DNA of 64,000 bases from Malacoraja senta. Its lineage: Eukaryota. A program made the translations under genes and the position numbers. This document shows positions 1 through 13,600 of this stretch, one piece after another (within the stretch, counting starts at the first letter, position 1; every line of letters starts with the position of its first letter). The stretch is from the NCBI GenBank assembly GCA_038087875.1, contig CM075990.1, forward strand, positions 2,172,001-2,236,000, written 5' to 3'. A model generated the notes under the pieces. The model ran no database searches. It was not told the origin of the DNA and saw only the letters and a program-made list of their open reading frames with translations.

Positions 1-397
1 CCTCCTTCTGCCCCCACCCAGTTTGCCAGCACCAGCAGTGTTTGTGCCACCTCATCATTGGCTGATTGGATCTGTCGGCATTATCTAGTCCTGCACACAA
101 CTAGAAATGCAAACAGTTTCTGCCAATCCGCCTTGTTAATTAATTGCTAAGAGACCTGTCATCATAATTCTTTGTGACAGTGTGACAAGGCCCAGGGTGC
201 TGCACCCTTCCCTCTTGTGTGTGTGCTCAGTTTCAGTAACACCTTGCACTCTCCACTGACCCCAGCATTTACTTACTATTGTACATCTCCTCCATTAGCG
301 TCTGCTTTGATCTGTCCTTTTCACGCCTTACATGCTCTCCGCACCCATCCATGTCTCTAGTTTCCCTCTCCCCTGACTCCCAGTCTGCTTATAAGGT

Positions 398-537
398 GTT
401 TAAGAAGGAACTGCGGATGCTGGAAAATCGAAGGTAGACAAAAGTGCTGGAGAAACTCAGCGGGTGAGGCAGCATCTATGGAGCGAAGGAAATAGGCAAC
501 GCCTCACCCACTGAGTTTCTCCAGCACTTTTGTCTAC
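398..537. mobile_element. Penelope-derived short hairpin element (subfamily A) with 13-bp TSD
   Basis: Inverted arms ggtagacaaaagtgctggagaaactcagcgggtgaggc / gcctcacccactgagtttctccagcacttttgtctacc, flanked by ctgcttataaggt at 385-397 and 538-550. Confidence 0.75.
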
Positions 538-1449
538 CTGCTTATAAGGTCATAAGTGATAGGAGCAGAATTAGGCCATTCGGCCCATCGAGTCTACCCC
601 ATCATTCAATCATGGCTGATCTATCTCTCCCTCCTAACCCCATTCTCCTGCCTTCTCCCCATAACATCCCGACCCGAAACGTCACCCATTCCTTCTCTCA
701 GGAGATGCTGCCTGTCCCGCTGAGTTACTCCAGCATTTTGTGTCTGTCCCCTGATGAGATGGTCAAACACAATTGGAATGGATTGGAATACTTTATTGTC
801 ACATGTGACTGGGCACAGTGAGCATCTTAGCTGCGTACCCAATGTATACAAATAGCAGGCACCTACAGAGCTGACAAAGTTACAAAGGCTTCACCACCGC
901 CAAGCCCTCACCGCTGTCGACGCCCCACTTAACGTCCCCTTGGTGCTGACCCGGGCCTCAGCCATGGGCTCCACCGACCCGGACTCCGACCCGTGAGGCC
1001 CGGCTCCTCCGTCCCGGCCAGGCCCCGTCCCCGGCTTCTACGCGGCGATCCGGGAGGCATCGAGACCGCGGAGCCTCGATAAAGGCCTCCGGCCACGTTC
1101 CCTGTCCACAGCCGTGGCCCCACCGTCGGGAAGCTTCTGGCCGCGCGGCTTTGGAATTGGAAGTAGTCAAGAGTGTTGTATTGTCATATGTCCCAGATAG
1201 AACAATGAAACGGTTACTTACTGGCAGCAGCACAGGATATGTAAACATTGTACGGTAGTTCCATGTGTACACGCACACACTATGTTTACTTATTCTGCTG
1301 TGCTGCTGCCAGGAAGAATTTCATATATATATATGTTCATAGAAATATATGTTCACACACACATGTGTATGTGTATATATATATATATGTGTGTGTGTGC
1401 GTGTGTGTGTGTGCGCACATGTGTGTGTTATATAAGCGTATCTGTAAGA

Positions 1450-1768
1450 TAAAGTCTGATTAAAGATAGTTCGAGGGTCTCCAATGAGGTTGATGGGAGG
1501 TCAGGACCGCTCTCTAGTTGATGATAGGATGGTTCAGTTGCCTGATAACTGCTGAGAAGAAACTGTCCTGAATCTGGAGGTGAGCGTTTGTTTTCACACT
1601 TCTGTACCTCTTGCCTGATGGGAGAGGGGAGAAGAGGGAGTGACCGGGGTGAGACTGGTCCTTGATTATGCTGCTGGCCTTGCCGAGGCAGCGTGAGGTG
1701 TAGATGGAGTCAGTGGAAGGGAGGTTGGTTTGTGTGATGGTCTGGGCTGCGTCCACAACTCTGTGCAG
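1450..1768 (-). mobile_element. Rex1/Babar-type LINE 3' fragment (RT C-terminus and 3'UTR); duplicate at ~10720-11037
   Basis: Translation RVVDAAQTITQTNLPSTDSIYTSRCLGKASSIIKDQSHPGHSLFSPLPSGKRYRS. Confidence 0.75.
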
Positions 1769-2392
1769 TAGGGTGGGGCTGTGCGGGGGGGGGGGGGAGT
1801 ATGAATCTTTTGGACAAGTATGAGGCTCTGTTGCCAGGCTGTGTGTGTGGCCACAGTGTCGGTACATATTCACACCCCAATGCCCGGGGGGGGGGGGGGG
1901 GGGGGAGGGCTTGGCACTGGTTTATTGCTGTAGCATCTACTGGGATACAATCAATCACTTTTGTTTGCATGCAATCCATCATCAGACCAGGGTGTACACA
2001 AGAATAATGTTGTGGGGCGGAACGGTGGCGCAGCGGTAGAGTTGCTGCCAGGCGGCTCCAGGCACCCGGGTTCGATCCTGACTACGGGTGCTGTCTGTAC
2101 GGAGTTTGTACGTTCTCCCCGTGACCGCCTGGGTCTCCTCCCGGATGCTCCGGTTTCCTCACACTTCCCAAAGATGTGATGAAGATAGACACAGTGCTGG
2201 AACAACTCAGCGGGTCCGGTAGCATCTGCAGAGAATATGCACAGGCGGCATTTCGGTTCGGGTCCCTTCTTCAGACTAAATGTGTAGGAGGGAACTGCAG
2301 ATGCTGGTTTAAACTGAAGATAGACACAAAGTGCTGGAGTAACACAGCGGGACAGGCAGCATCTCTGGAGAGAAGCCATAGGTGATAATAAA

Positions 2393-3370
2393 CAATAGAC
2401 AATAGGTGCAGGAATAGGCCATTCGGCCCTTCGAGCCAGCACTGCCATTCAATGTGATCATGGCTGATCATCCACAATCAGTACCCCATTCCTGCCTTCT
2501 CCCCATATCCCTTGACTCCGCTATCTTTAAGAGCTCTATCTATCTAAAATTGTACAAGGCATTGGTGAGGCCAATTCTGGAGTATGGAGTACAATTTTGG
2601 TCGCCAAATTATAGGAAAGATGTCAACAAAATAGAGAGAGTACAGAGGAGATTTACTAGAATGTTGCCTGAGTTTCAGCACCTAAGTTACAGAGAAAGGT
2701 TGAACAAGTTAGGTCTTTATTCTTTGGAGCACAGAAGGTTAAGGGGGGACTTGATAGAGGTCTTTAAAATGATGAGAGGGATAGGCAGAGTTGACGTGGA
2801 TAAGCTTTTTCCATTGAGAGTAGGAAAGATTCAAACAAGGGGACATGATTTGAGAATTAAGGGACAAACGTTTAGGGGTAACATGAGGGGGAACTTCTTT
2901 ACTCAGAGAGTGGTAGCTGTGTGGAATGAGCTTCCAGTGGAAGTGGTGGAGGCAGGTTCGATTTTATCATTTAAAATTAAATTGGATAGGTATATGGACG
3001 GGAAAGGAATGGAGGGTTATGGTCTGAGTGTTTCTCATCTCTGTTCTAAATGGCTTACTCCTTATTCTTAAACTGTGGCCCCTGGTTCTGGACTCCCCCA
3101 ACATCGGGAACATGTTTCCTGCCTCTAGCGTGTCCAAACCCTTAATAATCTTATATGTTTCAATAAGATCCCCTCTCATCCTAAACTCCAGAGTATACAA
3201 GCCCAGCCGCTCCATTCTATCAACATATGGCAGTCCCGCCATCCCGGGAATTAACCTGGTGAACCGACGCTGCACTCCCTCAATAGCAAGAATGTCCTTC
3301 CTCAAATTAGGGGACCAAAACTGCACACAATACTCCAGGTGTGGTCTCACCAAGGCCCTGTACAACTGCA
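2393..3370. mobile_element. Minus-strand CR1 (2393-2544 and 3031-3370) interrupted by a plus-strand CR1 fragment (2545-3030); duplicate at ~11635-12615
   Basis: Both strands give the CR1 ORF2 C-terminus (LYKALVRPILEYGVQFWSP...RRLRGDLIE..K...TRGH...FFTQRVV..WNELP). The (attgtct)n tail lies at 2393-2403. Confidence 0.9.
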
Positions 3371-3789
3371 GAACTGTTTCGGGTCATGTCTGAAGAAGGG
3401 TTTCGACCGGAAATGTCATCCATTCCTTTTCCCTAAGGGTGCTGCCTGACCCACTGAGTCACCCTTCTACAGATTATTGGAGGGAGGGGTTGGGGGTGGG
3501 AGTGGGGGTGGGGGTGGGTGGGACTGGAAGCAAGGACAAGTCAGGGTCAGCAATAGATGACCTCGGGTAGGGAGGTTTCCTGATAGACTGATTGTTGGGT
3601 AGGAACGGTGTGATTGCAAGTGGGATGCGTAATTATGAACTGTGGAACTGGTTAATGGACTTTAAGTGGAGGGGGAGGGTCAAGGGGAGACAGGGAGGGA
3701 AGGGGAGTGTACGTAGCAGTTACTCCAGAGAAGCTGCCTGGCCCGCTGAGTTCCTCCAACACTTTGTGTCTATCTTAGGTATAGAGTGA

Positions 3790-4168
3790 TAGACTCATAG
3801 AGTGATACCGTGTGGGAAACAGGCCCTTCGGCCCAACTCGCCCACACCAGCCAACAATGTCTCAGCTACACTAGTCCCACTTGCCTGCGCTTGGTCCAAA
3901 TCCCTCCAAACCTGTCCTATCCATGTACCTGTCTAAATGTTTCTTAAACTATGGGAATAGTCCCAGCCTCAACTACCTCCCCTGGCAGCTTGTTCCATAC
4001 ACCCACCATCCTCTGTGTGAAAAAGTTACCCCTCGGATTCCTATTAAATCTTTTCCCCTTCACCTTGAACCTATGTCCTCTGGTCCTCGATTCCCCTACT
4101 CTGGGCAAAAGATTCTGTGCATCTACCCGATCTATTCCTCTCATAATTTTGTACACCTCTATAAGATC
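3790..4168 (-). mobile_element. CR1 LINE 3' fragment; duplicate at ~13050-13430
   Basis: RGDLIEVYKIMRGIDRVDAQNLLPRVGESRTRGH...FFTQRMVGVWNKLP followed by a 3'UTR. Confidence 0.88.
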
Positions 4169-4846
4169 TCCCCTGCTGGTATACACCAACACCTGTAGTT
4201 GCTTGTTATTCCAAAGTCGTGTTGGTGTCTAGATTAACTGGCCTCAGTAAATTGTCCCTAGTGAGCAGTGAGATAACTAGCATGAGCGGGTGATCGATGG
4301 TCAGAGGACAGGGTGGGCCTAAGGGCCTGTTTCCGTGCTGTATCTAAAATAAAGTACAGGCAAACACAGGAGGGTGCTTTTGTGAGTGGATGCTGTGAGG
4401 TTTTGTGATGATCGATGAACCAGCTGTGCTCCATGCAGGAAGTGAAAGCCCTTTTGCCCTGCCTCTACTATCGACCCCTCCCTCCTCCCCCGGGCAGCTC
4501 ACAGTGTGGGGAGCACGTCCACACATAACCACTCAGGCAACACGTCATCCCCTGGAGAGCTGGTGCTGGGCCTAAAGGCCGTGCTAAAGGCACCCTGTGA
4601 TCTGGCGTGGTGGGACTGGGGGAGGGGGAGAACAAAGGGGGAGCTGGCGTGGATACTGTGCATACTTTGTAACATTGTCTGCGCCCTTTATGTGGCCACT
4701 CTTTGCATACCCTTGGTACGCAAGCAAGGAATTTCACCGTGACTTGTCACATGTTACAATATTCGTTAGATGTGACACACACCCGTTGTTACACGATGCA
4801 TGCAATGAGCTGCCGGAGGAGGTAGTTGAGGCAGGTACTATCACAT

Positions 4847-5150
4847 GGTGGCACGGTGGCGCAGCGGTAGAGTTTCTGTCTCACAGCGACAGAGACCCGG
4901 GTTCGATCCTGACCACAGGTGCTGTCTGGATGTAGTTTGTACGTTCTCCCCATGTCCACGTGGCTTTTCTCCGGGTGCTCCGGTTTCCTCCCACACTCCA
5001 AACACGTGCAGGTTTGTAGGTTAATTGGCTTGATATAAATGTAAATGATACCTAGTGTGTGTCGGTTCATGTTAGTGTGCGAGGATCGCTCGTCGGCACG
5101 GACAAGGTGGGCCAAAGGATCTGTTTCTGTGCTGTATGTCTGAAACTAAA
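4847..5150 (+). mobile_element. V-SINE (HE1-like), full length; duplicate at ~14105-14420
   Basis: tRNA-like A box (tggcgcagcggtag) and B box (ggttcgatcc), V-domain (gttctcccc...ccgggtgctccggtttcctcccacac), CR1-like tail and (ctaaa)n end. Confidence 0.85.
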
Positions 5151-5847
5151 CAACATTTCAGAAACATTCGGACAGGTAATAATAATAATAATAATAGATT
5201 TTATTTATATAGCGCTTTTCAGGACTCAAAGTCGCTTAAACATGGAAGGTTTGGAGGGATGTGGGCCAAACGCTGGCAGGTGGGACCAGTGTAGATGGGG
5301 CATGTTGGTCGGTGTGGGCAAGTTGGGTCGAAGGGCCTGTTTCCACATCTATGACTATGAGATCAGTTAAGGTGGGCAGTAAAGGTCAGAGTCATAGAGT
5401 CTTACAGTGTTGAAACAGCCCCTTCGGCCCAACTTGCCCACACCAGCCAGCCTGTCCCACCTACCTGTATAAACAGTCATCTCCCTCATTGGAGACCCTC
5501 AGACTACCTTTGATCGGATTTTGCTGCACTTTATCTTGCATTAAACGTTATTCCCTTTATCCTGTGTCCGTACACTGTGGACGGCTCGATTGTAATTATG
5601 TATAGTCTTTCTGCTGTCTGCAAAGCACGCAACAAAAACTGCTTTTCACTGCACCTCGGTTCAGGTGACAATAAACTAAACTAATCTAATCAATGCAGCG
5701 AAGGGTTAATTTGACGAGACTTATCAATAGCACATGACCTCATCGTCCTGTGTGTGGGCAAGCAGAAGATTCATGCACTAAAGCCTTCAGCTTCTCCACA
5801 CGGCAATTGCCAAAATTATCCACTAAACATCCACAATCCTGCAAGGG

Positions 5848-6162
5848 CCGGCACGGTGGCACAGCGGTAGAGTTGCTGCCTCACAGCGCCAGAGACCAGC
5901 GTTCGTTCCTGACTACGGCGGCTCTCTGTTTGAGTTTGTACGTTCTCCCGTGACCTGCGTGGGTTTTCTCCGGGTGCTCCGGTTTCCTCCCACACTCCAA
6001 AGACGTAAGGTTTTGTAGGTTAATTGGCTTCGGTAAAAATTGTAAATTGTCCCTGGGGTGCGTGGGATAGTGTCAATGTGTGGGGGGTGATCGCTGGTCG
6101 TCGTGGACCCGGTGGGCCCTAGGGCTTGCTTCTGCGCTCTCTCTAAACTGAACTTAACTAAA
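5848..6162 (+). mobile_element. V-SINE (HE1-like); duplicate at ~15123-15435
   Basis: Same head, V-domain and tail organisation. Confidence 0.85.
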
Positions 6163-6192
6163 ATAGAAACAGGCATGTAATGCTGAGGCACT

Positions 6193-6840
6193 TTAGAGTA
6201 TTGTGAGCAGTTATGGGCACCATATCTGAGGAAGGATGCGCTGGCGTTGGAGAATGATCCCAGGAATGAGTGGGTTAACATATGATGAGCGTTTAAAGGC
6301 ACTGGGTCTGTACTCGCTGGAGTTTAGAAGGATGAAGGACAACCTCATTGAAACGTACGGAATAGTGAAAGGTCTAGGTGGAGTGGATGTGGGGAGGATG
6401 TTTACACTGGTGGGAGAGTCCCGGACCAGAGGCCATAGTCTCAGAATAAAAGAATGTACCTTTAGAAAGGAGATGAGGAGGAATTTCTTCATCCAGAGGG
6501 TGGTGAATCTGTGGAATTCATTGCCACAGACGGCCGTGGAGGCAACGCTTTTGTGTATTTTTAAGGTGGAACTTTTTTTTCTAAGTTATTATATTGTTCA
6601 CAGTTGCTAAGTTTACATATTATGTTGTGCTGCTGCAAGTCAGAAATTTCGTTGTTCTGTCTGGAACATGTGACAATAAAACACTCTTGACCCTTGAGAT
6701 ACTTGATTAGTACGGGTGTCAGGGGTTATGGGGAGAAGGCAGGAGAATGGGGTTGAGAGGGAAAGATAGATCAGCCATGATTGAATGGCGGAGTGGACTC
6801 AATGGGCCGAATGCCCTAATACTGCTCCGTTTACTTATGA
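6193..6840 (+). mobile_element. CR1 LINE 3' fragment with an inserted LINE tail; duplicate at ~15468-16113
   Basis: MIPGMSGLTYDERLKALGLYSLEFRRM...TRGHSLRIK...FFIQRVVNLWNSLP, with the 3'UTR at 6700-6840. Confidence 0.88.
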
Positions 6841-6980
6841 ATGCTCATCGGACTGCAGGACCTCTCTCTGAGCTTGGCCAGCTGCCTTCATGACTCCTCC
6901 TTTTGCCCAGCGTCAATTAGTCTGATCGTCTCAGCGCTATTTTAGAACGGTGAAGGCAAATGCAAGTTGTTTCAGTTTAG

Positions 6981-7165
6981 ACACAAAATGCTGGTGTAAC
7001 TCAGCGGGACAGGCAGCATCTCTGGAGGAATAGGTCTGTAGAAGGGTCTCGACCTGAAACGTCACCCATTCCTTCTCTCCAGAGATGCTGCCTGCCCCGC
7101 TGAGTTACTCCAGCACTTTGTGTCTATCTTCATTGTAAACCAGCATCTGCAGTTCCTTCCTGCAA
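6981..7165. mobile_element. Penelope-derived hairpin element (subfamily B); duplicate at ~16255-16440
   Basis: Inverted arms around a degenerate hammerhead-like core (ctgtagaagggtctcgacctgaaacgtc), with an approximate TSD ttgttt(c/a)agtttag. Confidence 0.7.
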
Positions 7166-7569
7166 CATTGTTTAAGTTTAGTTTATGTTTCAGTATTAGT
7201 TCAGATTATTGTCACGTGCACCGAGGTACAGTGAAAAGCTTTTAGTTGCGTGCTAACCAGTCAGCAGAAAAACAATATATGATTACAATCGATCCATTTA
7301 CAGTGTATCAATACATGCTTAGAATAACGTTTAGTGCAAGGTAAAGCCAGCAGGTCCGATCAAGGATAGTTTGAGGGTCACCAGTGAGGTAGATAGTGGT
7401 TCAGCACTGCTCTCTGGTTGTGGTAGGATGGTTCAGTTGCTTGGTGAAGGGAGTGTAGATTTAACATCTCTCCGCTCACTGCACACGAGGAACAAGTGCG
7501 ACACGGTGGCGCAGCAGTAGAGTTGCTGCCGTACAGCGAATGCAGCGCCGGAAGACCCGGGTTCGATCC

Positions 7570-7769
7570 NNNNNNNNNNNNNNNNNNNNNNNNNNNNNNN
7601 NNNNNNNNNNNNNNNNNNNNNNNNNNNNNNNNNNNNNNNNNNNNNNNNNNNNNNNNNNNNNNNNNNNNNNNNNNNNNNNNNNNNNNNNNNNNNNNNNNNN
7701 NNNNNNNNNNNNNNNNNNNNNNNNNNNNNNNNNNNNNNNNNNNNNNNNNNNNNNNNNNNNNNNNNNNNN
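7570..7769. other. Assembly gap (200 N)
   Basis: Run of N. Confidence 1.
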
Positions 7770-7985
7770 GTTATTTTTGGGGGGGGGGGGGGGGGAGGAA
7801 ATGGCTCCACAATTTTTCTCAAACCCCACAAGACCAAGAGTTTGACAGCAAACCCGAGTGAGTGGGAGGTAGAGAGGGAGTTGTGTAGTTAATGATTGCT
7901 GTAGCTGGGGCGGCGAGACCGGCGACTGAGCCGAGCGGGATAGAGAGGCAACGGGATCTCACCAGCTGGTCTGGGCCGGGACATT

Positions 7986-7988
<3 letters not shown>

Positions 7989-8050
<62 letters not shown>

Positions 8051-8092
8051 ATACACACACACACACACACAGACACATACACACACACACAG

Positions 8093-8162
<70 letters not shown>

Positions 8163-8303
8163 ACACACACACACAGACACACACACACACACACACACAG
8201 ACACACACACACACAGACACAGACACAGACACACACACACACACGCACACACAGACACACACACACACACACAGACACACAGACACACACACACACACAC
8301 ACA

Positions 8304-8369
<66 letters not shown>

Positions 8370-8425
8370 CACACACACACACAGACACACACACACACAC
8401 ACACGACACACACACAACACACACA

Positions 8426-8484
<59 letters not shown>

Positions 8485-8522
8485 ACACACACACACACAG
8501 ACCACACACACACACACAGACC

Positions 8523-8559
<37 letters not shown>

Positions 8560-8995
8560 GACACACACACACACACACACACAGGCACACACACACACAC
8601 ACAGGCACACACACACACACACACAGACACACACACACACACACACACACAGGCACACACACACACACACAGGCACACACAGACACAGACACACACACAC
8701 ACAGACACACACACAGACACACACACACAGACACACACACACACAGCCGCACACACAGGAGACAGATACACAAACACAGACGCAGACACACACAGACACA
8801 CACACAGACAGACAGAAGGACGCACACAGAGACACACATACAGACACACACATACAGACACATACACAGTTAGATACTCAGACACACACATACAGACACA
8901 CAGACAGACACCAGACAAAGACAGACAGACACACACACACACAGAGAAAAACACACACACACACCGGCAGACACACACACACACACACACACGCA
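7989..8995. repeat. ~1 kb imperfect (CA)n/(CAGA) microsatellite
   Basis: Read directly. It produces the spurious poly-HT and poly-CV ORFs. Confidence 0.98.
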
Positions 8996-9271
8996 AAGAG
9001 ACAGAGAGGCAAAAGCCACGCAGGTGACAGGGAGAAGGTACAAAGTCCCCACAGACACCACCCGTAGTCAGGAAGAGGGAGAGAGATTGTTCACAATGTA
9101 TTTGTGCTGTGATGTAAGGTAGACAAAAAAGCTGGAGCAACTCAGCGGGTGAGGCAGCATCTATGGAGCGAAGGAATAGGCGACGTTTCTTCAGACCCTG
9201 TGATGTAGGTACTTCCCCCCTCCCCCCTCCTCCCTCCTCCCTGCCCACTTGCCCCCTTCTCTCCCCCACCC

Positions 9272-10642
9272 CCTCCTTCTGCCCCCACCCAGTTTGCCAG
9301 CACCAGCAGTGTTTGTGCCACCTCATCATTGGCTGATTGGATCTGTCGGCATTATCTAGTCCTGCACACAACTAGAAATGCAAACAGTTTCTGCAAATCC
9401 GCCTTGTTAATTAATTGCTAAGAGACCTGTCATCATAATTCTTTGTGACAGTGTGACAAGGCCCAGGGTGCTGCACCCTTCCCTCTTGTGTGTGTGCTCA
9501 GTTTCAGTAACACCCTGCACTCTCCACTGACCCCAGCATTTACTGACTTGTACATCTCCTCCATTAGCGTCTGCTTTGATCTGTCCTTTTCACGCCTTAC
9601 ATGCTCTCCGCACCCATCCATGTCTCTAGTTTCCCTCTCCCCTGACTCCCAGTCTGCTTATAAGGTGTTTAAGAAGGAACTGCGGATGCTGGAAAATCGA
9701 AGGTAGACAAAAGTGCTGGAGAAACTCAGCGGGTGAGGCAGCATCTATGGAGCGAAGGAAATAGGCAACGCCTCACCCACTGAGTTTCTCCAGCACTTTT
9801 GTCTACCTGCTTATAAGGTCATAAGTGATAGGAGCAGAATTAGGCCATTCGGCCCATCGAGTCTACCCCACCATTCAATCATGGCTGATCTATCTCTCCC
9901 TCCTAACCCCATTCTCCTGCCTTCTCCCCATAACATCCCGACCCGAAACGTCACCCATTCCTTCTCTCAGGAGATGCTGCCTGTCCCGCTGAGTTACTCC
10001 AGCATTTTGTGTCTGTCCCCTGATGAGATGGTCAAACACAATTGGAATGGATTGGAATACTTTATTGTCACATGTGACTGGGCACAGTGAGCATCTTAGC
10101 TGCGTACCCAATGTATACAAATAGCAGGCACCTACAGAGCTGACAAAGTTACAAAGGCTTCACCACCGCCAAGCCCTCACCATTGTCGACGCCCCACTTA
10201 ACGTCCCCTTGGTGCTGACCCGGGCCTCAGCCATGGGCTCCACCGACCCGGACTCCGACCCGTGAGGCCCGGCTCCTCCGTCCCGGCCAGGCCCCGTCCC
10301 CGGCTTCTACGCGGCGATATGGGAGGCATCGAGACCGCGGAGCCTCGATAAAGGCCTCCGGCCGCGTTCCCTGTCCACAGCCGCGGCCCCACCGTCGGGA
10401 AGCTTCTGGCCGCGCGGCTTTGGAATTGGAAGTAGTCAAGAGTGTTGTATTGTCATATGTCCCAGATAGAACAATGAAACGGTTACTTACTGGCAGCAGC
10501 ACAGGATATGTAAACATTGTACGGTAGTTCCATGTGTACACGCACACACTATGTTTACTTATTCTGCCGTGCTGCTGCCAGGAAGAATTTCATATATATA
10601 TGTTCATAGAAATATATGTTCACACACACATGTGTATGTGTG

Positions 10643-10682
<40 letters not shown>

Positions 10683-13600
10683 CGCACATGTGTGTGTTAT
10701 ATAAGCGTATCTGTCTGATAAAGTCTGATTAAAGATAGTTCGAGGGTCTCCAATGAGGTTGATGGGAGGTCAGGACCGCTCTCTAGTTGATGAGAGGACT
10801 GTTCAGTTGCCTGATAACAGCTGGGAAGAAACTGTCCCTGAATCTGGAGGTGTGCGTTTGTTTTCACACTTCTGTACCTCTTGCCTGATGGGAGAGGGGA
10901 GAAGAGGGAGTGGCCGGGGTGAGACTGGTCCTTGATTACGCTGCTGGCCTTGCCGAGGCAGCGTGAAGTGTAGATGGAGTCAATGGAAGGGAGGTTGATT
11001 TGTGTGATGGTCTGGGCTGCGTCCACAACTCTGTGCAGTAGGGTGGGGCTGTGCGGTGGGGGGGGAGTATGAATCTTTTGGACAAGTATGAGGCTCTGTT
11101 GCCAGGCTGTGTGTGGCCACAGTGTCGGTACATATTCAGACATATTCAGACCCCAATGCCCGGGGGGAGGGGGGGGGGGTGCTTGGCACTGGTTTATTGC
11201 TGTAGCATCTACTGCAATCCATCATCAGACCAGGGTGTACACAAGAATAATGTTGTGGGGCGGAACGGTGGCGCAGCGGTAGAGTTGCTGCCAGGCGGCT
11301 CCAGGCACCCGGGTTCGATCCTGACTACGGGTGCTGTCTGTACGGAGTTCGTACGTTCTCCCCGTGACCGCCTGGGTCTCCTCCCGGATGCTCCGGTTTC
11401 CTCACACTTCCCAAAGATGTGATGAAGATAGACACAGTGCTGGAGCAACTCAGCGGGTCCGGTAGCATCTGTAGAGAAAATGCACAGGCGGCATTTTGGT
11501 TCGGGTCCCTTCTTCAGACTAAATGTGTAGGAAGGAACTGCAGATGCTGGTTTAAACTGAAGATAGACACAAAGCGCTGGAGTAACACAGTGGGACAGGC
11601 AGCATCTCTGGAGAGAAGCCATAGGTGATAATAGACAATAGACAATAGGTGCAGGAATAGGCCATTTGGCCCTTCGAGCCAGCACCGCCATTCAATGTGA
11701 TCATGGCTGATCATCCCCAATCAGTACTCCGTTCCTGCCTTCTCCCCATATCCCTTGACTCCGCTATCTTTAAGAGCCCTATCTATCTAAAATTGTACAA
11801 GGCATTGGTGAGGCCAATTCTGGAGTATGGAGTACAATTTTGGTCGCCAAATTATAGGAAAGATGTCAACAAAATAGAGAGAGTACAGAGGAGATTTACT
11901 AGAATGTTGCCTGAGTTTCAGCAACTAAGTTACAGAGAAAGGTTGAACAAGTTAGGTCTTTATTCTTTGGAGCACAGAAGGTTAAGAGGGGACTTGATAG
12001 AGGTCTTTAAAATTATGAGAGGGATAGACAGAGTTGACGTGGATAAGCTTTTTCCATTGAGAGTAGGGAAGATTCAAACAAGAGGACATGATTTGAGAAT
12101 TAAGGGACAAACATTTAGGGGTAACATGAGGGGGAACTTCTTTACTCAGAGAGTGGTAGCTGTGTGGAATGAGCTTCCAGTGGAAGTGGTGGAGGCAGGT
12201 TCGATTTTATCATTTAAAATTAAATTGGATAGGTATATGGACGGGAAAGGAATGGAGGGTTATGGTCTGAGTGTTTCCTCATCTCCGTTCTAAATGGCTT
12301 ACTCCTTATTCTTAAACTGTGGCCCCTGGTTCTGGACTCCCCCAACATCGGGAACACGTTTCCTGCCTCTAGCGTGTCCAAACCCTTAATAATCTTATAT
12401 GTTTCAATAAGATCCCCTCTCATCCTAAACTCCAGAGTATACAAGCCCAGCCGCTCCATTCTATCAACATATGGCAGTCCCGCAATCCCGGAAATTAACC
12501 TGGTGAACCGACGCTGCACTCCCTCAATAGCAAGAATGTCCTTTCTCAAATTAGGGGACCAAAACTGCACACAATACTCCAGGTGTGGTCTCACCAAGGC
12601 CCTGTACAACTGCAGAACTGTTTCGGGTCATGTCTGAAGAAGGGTTTCGACCGGAAATGTCATCCATTCCTTTTCTCTAAGGGTGCTGCCTGACCCACTG
12701 AGTCACCCTTCTACAGATTATTGGAGGGAGGGGTTGGGGGTGGGAGTGGGGGTGGGGGTGGGTGGGACTGGAAGCAAGGACAAGTCAGGGTCAGCAATAG
12801 ATGACCTCGGGTAGGGAGGTTTCCTGATAGACTGATTGTTGGGTAGGAACGGTGTGATTGCAAGTGGGTGTGATTGCAAGTGGGATGCGTAATTATGAAC
12901 TGTGGAACTGGCTAATGGACTTTAAGTGGAGGGGGGAGGGTCAAGGGGAGACAGGGAGGGAAGGTGAGTGTACGTAGCAGTTACTCCAGAGAAGCTGCCT
13001 GGCCCGCTGAGTTCCTCCAACACTTTGTGTCTATCTTAGGTATCGAGTGATAGACTCATAGAGTGATACAGTGTGGAAACAGGCCCTTCGGCCCAACTCG
13101 CCCACACCAGCCAACAATGTCTCAGCTACACTAGTCCCCACTTGTCTGCGCTTGGTCCAAATCCCTCCAAACCTGTCCTATCCATGTACCTGTCTAAATG
13201 TTTCTTAAACTATGGGATAGTCCCAGCCTCAACTATCTCCCCTGGCAGCTTGTTCCGTACACCCACCACCCTCTGTGTGAAAAAGTTACCCCTTGGATTT
13301 TTATTAAATCTTTTCCCCTTCACCTTGAACCTATGTCCTCTGGTCCTCGATTCCCCTACTCTGGGCAAAAGGTTCTATGCATCTACCCGATCTATTCCTC
13401 TCATAATTTTGTATACCTCTATAAGATGTCCCCTGCTGGTATACACCAACACCTGTAGTTGCTTGTTATTCCAAAGTCGTGTTGGTTTCTAGATTAACTG
13501 GCCTCAGTAAATTGTCCCTAGTGAGCAGTGGGATAACTAGCATGAGCGGGTGATCGATGGTCAGAGGACAGGGTGGGCCTAAGGGCCTTTTTCCGCGCTG

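Larger units (their letters stand above)
1..7569 (+). repeat. Copy 1 of a ~7.6 kb direct duplication (partner 9272-16843)
   Basis: Position 1 (cctccttctgcccccaccc) recurs at 9272. The same order of repeats and unique spacers continues at an offset of ~9270 up to the N gap, and the ORF track is duplicated (612/9881, 2454/11697, 5750/15023). Confidence 0.97.

Noticed and set aside
7027..7068. Hammerhead with a full 8-bp stem I (gaataggt/acccattc)
   Set aside because: Stem I comes only from the fold-back arm, and the core is mutated (CUGU for CUGA, and a changed stem II closing base), so it is unlikely to cleave.
7819..9371. Long ORFs (292-391 aa) rich in HT or CV
   Set aside because: They are translations of a (CA)n microsatellite. 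The same applies to 26041-27051.
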